Shown here: piece by piece, positions 1-8,459 of the stretch
How the letters are laid out: every line of letters starts with the position of its first letter
Numbering within the stretch: the first letter of the stretch is position 1
IMG/VR virus record: IMGVR_UViG_3300035670_000147
Span: 1 to 64,000 of that record
Reading direction: 5' to 3' (one strand)
Source: a virus
DNA length: 64,000 nt
Position numbers and translations under genes: made by a program
The notes under the pieces: model-generated
Told to the model about the DNA's origin: nothing
Database searches by the model: none
Seen by the model: the letters and a program-made list of their open reading frames with translations, nothing else

Positions 1-189
1 CGCCAGCATTTACACGAAAACAACATGACCTATTGGCAGCATTTCTTTTTTGCTGCGAAACATGGCCTCGGGTGTTTACTGGCTGGTTTCTACCTGATTT
101 GTCACGCGATCTGCCCCGCGCTATTTTCGACGGCCGGCTCAGACTTATTACAGCGATTAGACCGGGTTTTCAGCCGCCACCCCAATTAA
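1..189 (+). CDS. partial small membrane protein, DUF6356-like (5' truncated)
   Basis: Frame 1 reads RQHLHENNMTYWQHFFFAAKHGLGCLLAGFYLICHAICPALFSTAGS...PN*; the H-x-x-E-x-x-M-T-Y-x-Q-H / HA-x-x-P-x-LF pattern resembles DUF6356 (from memory). Confidence 0.55.
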   Translation, partial: RQHLHENNMTYWQHFFFAAKHGLGCLLAGFYLICHAICPALFSTAGSDLLQRLDRVFSRHPN

Positions 190-205
190 CAAAGCGCACC
201 AGACC

Positions 206-2545
206 ATGCCGTTTAAGTCAGAAAAACAACGCCGCTACCTCTGGGCCGAACATCCCGAGATTGCCAAAGAATGGGCTGATAAATATCCCGAATCCAACAA
301 GAACCTGCCGATGTACGCGAACAAAAAGAAATCTCCCGGCGCGCATATCCCCGAGTCTCAAACCAAATCGGCTAGTATTAACATATCTAATCTTGTTAAC
401 AGATATGTGAATAATTGTAAACAACACGGTATTACAACGGCTAATACTACCATGAGCAAAACTGATAAGACTGCGGACTCCAAGCAGGAACGCGTCGATA
501 TTCCGCATAGTTCCCAGCCGGTTTATGCAGGGGAAGAGCGCGAAAAAGGAAAGATTGAGGGCGAAATTCCTACAGGCATGAACGTCGGCGAGTCCTGTGA
601 ACAAAAGCCAAAAAACGCCATAAATGAACTGTTAACAAAACTTTCTGTCGTGCTTTCGCCGCATATTGAACAAACGATGGAAAATCTGGAGGCTGAGCGG
701 GAGGGACGTGTGCCGCGCAGAATCGCCAAAAACCGCGGCGTCAAACAATACCCCTGTGGCGGTATTAACATCATGCCGCCGATGGGATTAGCGCAAAACC
801 CGCAGCAAAACCAGCAATCCCAGCCGAATAACCAGTATCCGTCGCGACCTGTAGGCGGCGGGTCTCATCCCCAGTTCAATCCGATTCAGGCGTTCGGGGC
901 GCTTTCGGTCAAGGGCGAGATCAATGGCAATGCAGCGTTCGGCGCCAAGAATAGCCCAGACAGTTCCAAGATTGCTGCGATAATCAAGCGCGCCAACCGC
1001 AGTGAGGCGCTCGGCAAAGTGCTTGATATTAATACCGTCGACCCGGATGATATCGAGTATTACGACGAAGAATATGTCGAGGAACTTAGCCAGCGAAAAG
1101 CCGCCAGCGAAAGCGAAGACGCGCTGGAACACGACCTGCCCCCAGAGAAAAAACCCGAGGTCCAATCGCCTTCTTTACTCACTGCGGGGCTCGTTGGCGC
1201 CGGCGCAGGACTGAGCGCGTTCGGCCTGAGCAAAGCCCTCGACGCCTACGGGATTTCGCCCAGCAAACTGATCCAACCCCATCTTCCCGACGCACCCGAC
1301 TGGCTCAAGAATCTGGGCGGCAAACAGGCCAGTTGGAACCTGTTATTTAAAAGCCTCCGCGGCGCCGGAGCGATGCGGCGGTTCGTGGCGCCGGCCGCCC
1401 AAGCCGCCGCCCGAGGAACCGCGACGGCTACCACGAGCACCCCGGCCGCCGTGCTGGGCCAATTGCTGACGCGCGGAGTAGACGGGCTGGCGCTGCGAAT
1501 GCACGGAAAAACCATGAGCGTGCCCAAAATTATGCAGCGCTACGGCGAGGCATTGGCGCGCGCGCAAGCCGGCAAAAAACTTACGCCCCGGCTGGAAAAA
1601 TACATGCAATTGGGCGACCGCCTGCGCGCGGGAAAGATTAAATTAAAGGGCTTGCCGTCCGGGTTTTTTGACGACGAGCCTGCGCTTTCTACAAACACAT
1701 ACATCCACCAAATGTTCACGGGGCGGCTGGCTAACGCGTTTCAGAACGCGCACAAAACGCCGCTCGCAAGGAAACCCGGGAAACTCATCGCAGGAACTCG
1801 CCCGCCATTTGCTGTCCCCACGCCCCCAGAGAGCCCCTACATGTCTACGCCGATGCCACCCAAAACCGCCCGGGCCGCCATTGAGAAATGGGCCCAAAAA
1901 GAAGACCACAAAGATAACAACGACACGCCCTGCTCATGTGGCTGCGGCGACACTGTGCGTACATGCAAATGCGCCCAGTCCTGCTCGTGCCGAAAGCCCG
2001 GAGGCTCGTGCTACAAGAGCGAAAAGAAAGTTGCCGTCATGGAAAAGTACAGCGCGGCATATGTCATGAAAATCGCCCGTTGCTGGGCCGGATACGAGCC
2101 AGTGCCGGGCAAAAAACCTTATAGCGAAGACTCGTGCCGGCCTGTTGGCTCGGGCAAAAAGAAGAAGAAGAATGACTCGGGCAAGAGCGAAAAGAAAGCC
2201 GGCAGTACCCCCGCGTGGCAGCGCAGCGAGGGAAAAAATAGCGAAGGCGGGCTTAATGCCAAGGGCCGCGCGAGTTACAATAAAGCGACGGGCGGTAACT
2301 TAAAAGCGCCCGTGACTGAGTCTAATCCCAAAGGGAAACGAGCCAAACGGCAGAACTCTTTTTGTGCAAGGATGTGTGGCATGAAGCGTGTGAATACAGG
2401 TGCCAAGACTAAGTCCGACCCCGATTCGCGCATTAACAAGTCCCTGCGCAAGTGGAACTGCAAGTGCTCCAGCGCGATGGAGTTCGGGGTGAAGTTAGCC
2501 GGCGGTGACGTACTCGGCCACTTCATGGGCACCGGAAATAGATAA
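206..2545 (+). CDS. modular putative virion (head-internal) protein/polyprotein
   Basis: 779 aa ORF. N-terminal MPFKSEKQRRYLWA module, Cys-rich module, CWxGYEPVPGKxPYSExSCRP module, C-terminal AWQRSEGKNSEGGLNAKGRASYN (DUF6321-like) module; modules are separated by K-x-A motifs. Confidence 0.7.
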   Translation: MPFKSEKQRRYLWAEHPEIAKEWADKYPESNKNLPMYANKKKSPGAHIPESQTKSASINISNLVNRYVNNCKQHGITTANTTMSKTDKTADSKQERVDIPHSSQPVYAGEEREKGKIEGEIPTGMNVGESCEQKPKNAINELLTKLSVVLSPHIEQTMENLEAEREGRVPRRIAKNRGVKQYPCGGINIMPPMGLAQNPQQNQQSQPNNQYPSRPVGGGSHPQFNPIQAFGALSVKGEINGNAAFGAKNSPDSSKIAAIIKRANRSEALGKVLDINTVDPDDIEYYDEEYVEELSQRKAASESEDALEHDLPPEKKPEVQSPSLLTAGLVGAGAGLSAFGLSKALDAYGISPSKLIQPHLPDAPDWLKNLGGKQASWNLLFKSLRGAGAMRRFVAPAAQAAARGTATATTSTPAAVLGQLLTRGVDGLALRMHGKTMSVPKIMQRYGEALARAQAGKKLTPRLEKYMQLGDRLRAGKIKLKGLPSGFFDDEPALSTNTYIHQMFTGRLANAFQNAHKTPLARKPGKLIAGTRPPFAVPTPPESPYMSTPMPPKTARAAIEKWAQKEDHKDNNDTPCSCGCGDTVRTCKCAQSCSCRKPGGSCYKSEKKVAVMEKYSAAYVMKIARCWAGYEPVPGKKPYSEDSCRPVGSGKKKKKNDSGKSEKKAGSTPAWQRSEGKNSEGGLNAKGRASYNKATGGNLKAPVTESNPKGKRAKRQNSFCARMCGMKRVNTGAKTKSDPDSRINKSLRKWNCKCSSAMEFGVKLAGGDVLGHFMGTGNR

Positions 2546-2625
2546 CAAATCACACCTGCCAATACGGCACAAAGCAAAGCCGCGTGCCAATTAGGCAGGG
2601 ACGTCAACTTCAAGGAGTTCAAGCA

Positions 2626-3066
2626 ATGGCTTTTGATAACAACAAAACCGCGGCACACATGTTCGGCGAGTATGTGGCCAACACTGTGAGTACGACTGAG
2701 AAACAGGCGAATCCGTTGGCCGCGGCGACGATCGGCGGCAAAGTCATCCCGTGGCTGGCGAAGGCTGTCGGCGCTACTGGCCGCGTGGCGCCAAAACTCA
2801 CGACCGGCGAGACCGCGCTGATGAAGGCTATGAACAGCGTCGGCCGCGGCTTTACGTTGTCGAAAGCCACTACTTCAACGCCCACATGGCTGCGGGCGGC
2901 CCGGGAAGCCGGAAACCAAGCCCTGTTGGCCGGCAAGGGCACGGTCGACGATCTGCAACGCATGCTCGGCGGGAGTTTTAAAGAACACGCCGCGCGCCAA
3001 AGTATTGCTGACCGCATGGCTGCCGGCACATACCCGATGCCCAAGATTCCCTTTTTGGGCAAGTAG
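2626..3066 (+). CDS. putative head-internal protein with FG leader and EKQA motif
   Basis: AAGGAG RBS at 2612; MAFDNNKTAAHMFGEYVAN...EKQA. Confidence 0.65.
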   Translation: MAFDNNKTAAHMFGEYVANTVSTTEKQANPLAAATIGGKVIPWLAKAVGATGRVAPKLTTGETALMKAMNSVGRGFTLSKATTSTPTWLRAAREAGNQALLAGKGTVDDLQRMLGGSFKEHAARQSIADRMAAGTYPMPKIPFLGK

Positions 3067-3080
3067 CCCGCGAGCGCACT

Positions 3081-3512
3081 ATGCCGCTTTCTGGTAGCAA
3101 AAAAAATGCGGCGCGGTTGTTTGGCGAAAAGGTCGCTGCGGACGTTGCGCCGCCGAAGCCGCTGACCATGGCCCGCGTGCAAGCAGACGACGCAGCAGCC
3201 AAGGCCAAGGGCTTTGGTGGTTCTGTGTCGAGCATGTTTGTGCACGACCCGAAAGACTGGCAAGTCACAACGCCGCGAGTGCTAACGCCCGGACCAGCGC
3301 GTCAAGCCAAGCCCTACACGCCGCCCACCGCAGAGCAAGCGCAGCAGCAGACAGCCGTAGCGCAACTTCAGCCGCAGTTCGGACAGGGTGACATTCAAGA
3401 TATCATGAGCCTGAACGCCCAAGGCCGCGGCGGTGATATGGCGAAGTTTATTCGAAACACCACCACGCACTACCGACAACATCCGCACCGGGCCGCGAAT
3501 TATGGGCGTTAA
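3081..3512 (+). CDS. putative head-internal protein
   Basis: N-terminal NAARLFGEKVAA leader. Confidence 0.65.
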   Translation: MPLSGSKKNAARLFGEKVAADVAPPKPLTMARVQADDAAAKAKGFGGSVSSMFVHDPKDWQVTTPRVLTPGPARQAKPYTPPTAEQAQQQTAVAQLQPQFGQGDIQDIMSLNAQGRGGDMAKFIRNTTTHYRQHPHRAANYGR

Positions 3513-3921
3513 CTCTCCAGAAAACGCCGCTTATCGCTTTGGCGAAAAGGTCGCGGCGAGCCTGCTCAACGAAAAGGTCGCGGCGCTGTCGCCGTTTGAC
3601 GTGCCGCGCATCTTGGCTGGGTTGTTCGATAATGCCGGAGCAGCCCGGTTGCCGGCGGACCAGAATGCGCTGCGCCAAGCCCTGATTGCCGCGAGCGTCG
3701 GCGGCACGATCGGCGGCGTTAAAGGTTATTTATTTCCCGGCTACGACGAGATATTAGACGACGACGGGCGTGTAATTTCCAAGAAAAAGATTAAACCGTG
3801 GCGGGGTGCATTACAGCAGGGAAGTATCGGCGCCGGCACGGGTGCGCTGGCGAACTATGCGGGCCAAGTGGTCTCGCGTTATAATCCAGAGATCGATAAG
3901 ATTCTCTTCGGCAAGAGTTAA
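3502..3921 (+). CDS. putative head-internal glycine-zipper protein
   Basis: NAAYRFGEKVAA leader; Gly-rich hydrophobic segments flanking PGYDE...KKK. Confidence 0.65.
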   Translation: MGVNSPENAAYRFGEKVAASLLNEKVAALSPFDVPRILAGLFDNAGAARLPADQNALRQALIAASVGGTIGGVKGYLFPGYDEILDDDGRVISKKKIKPWRGALQQGSIGAGTGALANYAGQVVSRYNPEIDKILFGKS

Positions 3922-3972
3922 AGATATCGCAACTCTGCCGCCTGTTTTGCAGCCATGGACGGCGCAATAAAT

Positions 3973-6303
3973 ATGAGCACACACCATAAGACTGCGAATA
4001 CGCCTGATGTCGCCGCGCACCGGGAACTTTCTCCCGACGAAGAGCGCGCCTTGGAAACCGGGAAGTCTCGCTGGCTGCCGCGTATCTTTCAGAGTTACGG
4101 CACGCCGATTCCTGAACTTATGGCGAGCCCCTTGAAGACCGGCCTGATCTTTGGCGTCCCCGCGGGCTTGATCGGCGCTGGGTTGGGCAGCGCGATTGGC
4201 GGAGCGGCGCACGGCGCGAACGGCAAAGGCTACTCGGGGATGGGCGCGCTGCTCGGGGGTTTAGGTGCCGGAGGCTTAGCCGCCTTGGCCGCCGGCATGG
4301 ACCGCGAAGCCAAGAACGAAGGCTTGGAAGAACTCATGCGGCGCATGCCCGAAGGCGCGGCGAAGCGAGATTTGCTCGCCGACCCGCAGTACCAAGCCGA
4401 CTTTCTGGGCTGGGATAATAACAAGATTGTCGCGACGGCTCGGGCTCGCTATTACAGGCCCACGGAGCGATTTAGCAAGCGAACGGAAGACATGCGAGAC
4501 GCCCGGGCTCGCTATAATGAACGCAACAAAACTTCTAGTGTTAACAAGGATGTTTCCATGAGTAAGAACGAGCCGCGTACGCATTTTGTCGCGACGCCTG
4601 CTGCCCAAGCGGCCCGCACGCTGTTAGAAAATAACAACCTGACGCTCTCGGAAAAGATGGCGCAGTACAAAGCCTTGCTCCAGAAGCAGGCGTACGACAG
4701 CCCGACGATGGGCGCGAGCATTCCGCCGATGGCTGGGCCGGCGATGAGCCCGCCGCCGGGCTTCGACCCGTCGAACATGAAGATGCCAGTCTCGCCGACG
4801 ACGGGCTTGCCGATCAATAATCCCGACGCGCCCGCACTGCCCAGTAAGCCGGCCGCTCCGAAGTACACTGGCTCGGCGGACATGGGCGACTACACCGGCG
4901 TCGGCAAGATCGTCGACTCCGAGTTTCTCAAGCATTTATTTGGCGTTGGCGACCGCCGCTCGACACTGTACGACAAGACGTTCGCGCCAATTGGCCGCGG
5001 AATTTCGTCGGGCTTGGGAGCCACGGGTGACTTTCTGGGCAGCATGGGCAGCGCCGGTTTAAACGCCGGCAAATCGTTCGGCAAGTGGCTGAAGCCGGAC
5101 GCGCCTCCGCCTCCGACGCTGTTAGAACAACTCAAGCCGTACGCACCGGCGGCCGCGATTGGCGCTGGCGGTCTGGGCGCGATCGCCTTGGCCGATTACT
5201 TATCCCGGCGCAACAAGAAGAAGAAGAAGCGCCCGCAACAAACTGAAGATGAAGACGCAGGAGAATATTCTATGCCCAAGGCTGCAAATGTTAATTGGTA
5301 CGCGCTGGCCCGACACCGCCAGAAGCAGGCGAACGCGCTAAGTTTGGCGCGCACCGGGACGGGTTTGATCCCATACAGCCGCGTGGGTGCCGGCCTGTCA
5401 CACCTGCGCAGCATGTTGCGAGGCGCCGCTCCGTACGTCGATCCGTTTAATAAAAAGTCGCTGCCGTTCTACGCGGGCAGCCTGTTCGGCGGTGTCAACG
5501 AAGCGACGGGTGGCTTCGGGGTTCGCCCTGCGATCGCCAGCATGTTCAAGGGCAAAGACCCGTCGATGCTCCAGCAGGTCATGAACTCGAAGTACACGCC
5601 CTATGCCGCGGCTGGTTTAGCCGGCGCGGGCTTACTGGGTGGCGCTGCGTACATGGGCAATCGCGCGGGCAAGAATGACGCCAAGAAAAAGAAGAAGCCT
5701 GAAGGAAAGAACGAAAAGCAGTCGAACTTAGGCGGCGCTGGTCTGGGCGCTGGTGCCGGCGCTGGTCTGGGCGGGTTAGCCGGCGGCCTGTACGGCGCGC
5801 TGGCTCCGGGCTACGAAGAAGACCCGATGACCGGGCGTCGTCGTCGGCGGTCCCGGCTGACCGCCGCGCTGCGCGGACTGGCGGGTGGCGCGGCCCTCGG
5901 CGGCCTCGGTGGCGGCGCGGCCGGCTACTTCGCCGGCGACAAAAATATCAAGTCGGTGCTGGAGAAGTTCTTGGCCAACAAGTCGCAGGACGCAGGCCCT
6001 GACGCCGCCGCTGGTATTCGCACAGACGCGACGATGCAGCCTGATCCGGTGGAAGTAGCGAAGCAGGAAGCCTCGCAACCGCCGCCGGCCAGCGCATCCC
6101 CCGCGATTCCGCAAGGGCCGCAAGACGCGAACGCCACGATGGGCGGACAACCAGCGGCGCCGATGGCTCCGCCGGCAATGAGCATGCCACCGCAATCGCC
6201 GGCGCCTCCGGCTGGCGTGCCGCAGTCGCCCGTGATTCCGCAGGGCCCGCAGACCGCGAGCGCCACGATGGGCGCGATGCCGCAGCAGCAGCCCATGATG
6301 TAA
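3973..6303 (+). CDS. large Gly-zipper/Pro-rich putative virion polyprotein
   Basis: Long ORF (upstream ATG at 3955); several GxxxG-rich hydrophobic segments followed by basic tracts; QKQA, EKQS and PKAA motifs. Confidence 0.7.
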   Translation: MSTHHKTANTPDVAAHRELSPDEERALETGKSRWLPRIFQSYGTPIPELMASPLKTGLIFGVPAGLIGAGLGSAIGGAAHGANGKGYSGMGALLGGLGAGGLAALAAGMDREAKNEGLEELMRRMPEGAAKRDLLADPQYQADFLGWDNNKIVATARARYYRPTERFSKRTEDMRDARARYNERNKTSSVNKDVSMSKNEPRTHFVATPAAQAARTLLENNNLTLSEKMAQYKALLQKQAYDSPTMGASIPPMAGPAMSPPPGFDPSNMKMPVSPTTGLPINNPDAPALPSKPAAPKYTGSADMGDYTGVGKIVDSEFLKHLFGVGDRRSTLYDKTFAPIGRGISSGLGATGDFLGSMGSAGLNAGKSFGKWLKPDAPPPPTLLEQLKPYAPAAAIGAGGLGAIALADYLSRRNKKKKKRPQQTEDEDAGEYSMPKAANVNWYALARHRQKQANALSLARTGTGLIPYSRVGAGLSHLRSMLRGAAPYVDPFNKKSLPFYAGSLFGGVNEATGGFGVRPAIASMFKGKDPSMLQQVMNSKYTPYAAAGLAGAGLLGGAAYMGNRAGKNDAKKKKKPEGKNEKQSNLGGAGLGAGAGAGLGGLAGGLYGALAPGYEEDPMTGRRRRRSRLTAALRGLAGGAALGGLGGGAAGYFAGDKNIKSVLEKFLANKSQDAGPDAAAGIRTDATMQPDPVEVAKQEASQPPPASASPAIPQGPQDANATMGGQPAAPMAPPAMSMPPQSPAPPAGVPQSPVIPQGPQTASATMGAMPQQQPMM

Positions 6304-6350
6304 CGACCGCACTTTAACAACACTAGTTATCCCGACAAGGAACTATAGCC

Positions 6351-7142
6351 ATGAGCGACGAGATGAAGAGCCACTGTCCGCCGGAAACCACCGCCCCGAA
6401 GATGCACGCGCACGAGGCGACGGAGAAGACAGAAGATATCAAGCCGAAGTTAATTTCGACGGCGCACAAGCGGCTCAGCCAAGATGAGTTTCAGCGCAAA
6501 GTTGCCATGGTGGCTCGTTTGCATGCAGGAGATAATGGTCTTGAAAAAGAAGCGTACGGCGCGCTTGCCCGCGGCCTGTGGGCACTCGGCGGCAAGTCCT
6601 TAGTAAGCAACGCCAACAAACTCTGGCAGGGCACCAAGGCTGTTGCGAGCACCGGGATTCTGCCCAGCGTCGCCAACACCGCGACGAAGACATGGAAGAA
6701 CCTGCCGGCGCGTATGCTCGTCGGCCAAAAGGGTGTTGGCTCATACTTGATGCACCCGGTCGGCATCGCCTCGACGCTCGCCGGCGCGGCGGCTCCGGCT
6801 GTGCCGTACGTCGGCGGCGCGTTGCAACGGCTGGGCGGCGCCCTCGGCGGCTCGGTTGGCGCTGGCCAGAATGCCCAAGGGTTCGGGGGCGCGGTCGGCG
6901 GTGGCTTGCTAGGCGCGGGGCTGGGTGCCGTGGGCGGCGCGTTGATGCCCGGCGAAGAAGAGTACGAAGACGAGAACGGCAACATCCGCAAGCGTCGGCG
7001 CGGCATGCTCTCGGGCGCGTTGCGCGGCGCCGGTATGGGCGGTATCGCTGGCGGTGTGGGCGGCGCGGCCATGGATTATTTCGGGAAACAGAGCGCGGCG
7101 CAGGAATTCGGCGCGGCGCTCGCCCGCCAATCCCGAGCCTAA
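6351..7142 (+). CDS. glycine-zipper putative virion protein
   Basis: AAGGA RBS; LEKEAY motif; Gly-rich segments around PGEEEYEDENG-RKRRR. Confidence 0.7.
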   Translation: MSDEMKSHCPPETTAPKMHAHEATEKTEDIKPKLISTAHKRLSQDEFQRKVAMVARLHAGDNGLEKEAYGALARGLWALGGKSLVSNANKLWQGTKAVASTGILPSVANTATKTWKNLPARMLVGQKGVGSYLMHPVGIASTLAGAAAPAVPYVGGALQRLGGALGGSVGAGQNAQGFGGAVGGGLLGAGLGAVGGALMPGEEEYEDENGNIRKRRRGMLSGALRGAGMGGIAGGVGGAAMDYFGKQSAAQEFGAALARQSRA

Positions 7143-7224
7143 CGTCGCAAAAGTTAACAGATCGCTGGTGTGCCGGAGTAAAATAAACGGCGGGACCCAT
7201 GGCTTTTACACATGGAGATGTCGC

Positions 7225-8091
7225 ATGTTTATTCGCGCACTATTGACAACGCTGTTGGTGTTGGTCTCGGCGGCTGATTCTTTGCGGGCCGGAACCCGCG
7301 ACCCGAACACCCCGGACCAGAAGTATCTAGAATTTGGCAAGCAGTTTCCGTGGGTGGCGCGCTTCCGGGCGGTCACCGAAATCACGGATAAAAAGACGGG
7401 CGAGAAGCGGCCGACCTTTCAATACGGGTCGGCCGTTATCATTAGGCCCAACTGGGCGCTCACGGCCGCGCATCTGGTCCACAACGCTACGGACCACACG
7501 ATTTTGCGCGACGACGGGACCGAACACGCGCTTCCGGCCGCGATCATTCCCAAAGAGTACGACAGCGAGAACATCGGGTATTACGACCTCGCGCTCTGCT
7601 ACTCGCCCACGGATTTTAAACTCAAATTTTACACGCCCCTGTACGCCGAGCAGGACGAAGTCGGCAAAGCGATTACGATTGCGGGCTACGGCATTACCGG
7701 CACATTTCACACCGGTTGCGCCCTGTCCGACGGCAAAAAACGGGCGGGCCACAACAAGATCGACAGCCACGAGCGGGCGGTGTTAATTTGCTCGCCGTCT
7801 TCGGGCATGACGCGCCTGCCGCTGGAGTTTATGATCGCACCCGGCGACTCTGGGGGCGGCATGTTTATCGGCAATGCGCTGGCCGGAATTAACTCATTTG
7901 TGATGGCCGCCGATAAAAATCCCGACAGCACTTACGGCGACGAAAGCGCATTTACCCGTATCAGTTTGTACATAAATTGGATAGAATCACAGATCGAGCA
8001 GTACGAGCGCGCCCTTGCGGCCCGGGCCACGATGAACGGCACGCTGGACTTCCAAATTCTGGCGGTCGACCTGCCGAGCGAGCACGAATAA
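7225..8091 (+). CDS. trypsin-like (S1) serine protease with signal peptide
   Basis: Catalytic motifs WALTAAH, YDLAL, GDSGGG; hydrophobic N-terminus; GGAG RBS. Confidence 0.9.
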   Translation: MFIRALLTTLLVLVSAADSLRAGTRDPNTPDQKYLEFGKQFPWVARFRAVTEITDKKTGEKRPTFQYGSAVIIRPNWALTAAHLVHNATDHTILRDDGTEHALPAAIIPKEYDSENIGYYDLALCYSPTDFKLKFYTPLYAEQDEVGKAITIAGYGITGTFHTGCALSDGKKRAGHNKIDSHERAVLICSPSSGMTRLPLEFMIAPGDSGGGMFIGNALAGINSFVMAADKNPDSTYGDESAFTRISLYINWIESQIEQYERALAARATMNGTLDFQILAVDLPSEHE

Positions 8092-8115
8092 CCAGCAGTA
8101 TCGTCGAGCCGCCCG

Positions 8116-8211
8116 ATGAAACATATCAACACGTTTTTATTCACCATGATCACGCTCGCAACCGTGCTGGCGACGGGGCTGGCATGGGCGCTGTTATATC
8201 TGCGAGGTTAG
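8116..8211 (+). CDS. 31-aa single-pass membrane peptide
   Basis: MKHINTFLFTMITLATVLATGLAWALLYLRG*, fills the gap between genes. Confidence 0.4.
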   Translation: MKHINTFLFTMITLATVLATGLAWALLYLRG

Positions 8212-8213
8212 TC

Positions 8214-8459
8214 ATGGAGAGTCTGGCGTTTCTAATTTTTTTATTGTGGTCGGCGGTGTTTCTGGGCGGGCCTGTGGCGTATCTGCTCGCGCTGTATAAG
8301 TGGAACATGCTGGCGCTCTTGGCCGCGTGCACGTCGATTTGGCTGGGCGTGTTCTGGTTTGCCACGATCTACACCGGCTGGAAATATCTGGGCCTGCTCT
8401 CGGCGCTGTTGGGGTTGCTGGCGCTGCTCAAAGTGACGGAAAACTTTTATGACAAGTAG
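8214..8459 (+). CDS. small multi-pass membrane protein
   Basis: About three hydrophobic helices; GAGG RBS. Confidence 0.6.
   Translation: MESLAFLIFLLWSAVFLGGPVAYLLALYKWNMLALLAACTSIWLGVFWFATIYTGWKYLGLLSALLGLLALLKVTENFYDK

Noticed and set aside
2385-2397. ANGGAN-like hairpin inside ORF 206
   Set aside because: Stem is mostly G-U pairs and is not at an evident gene start; probably chance
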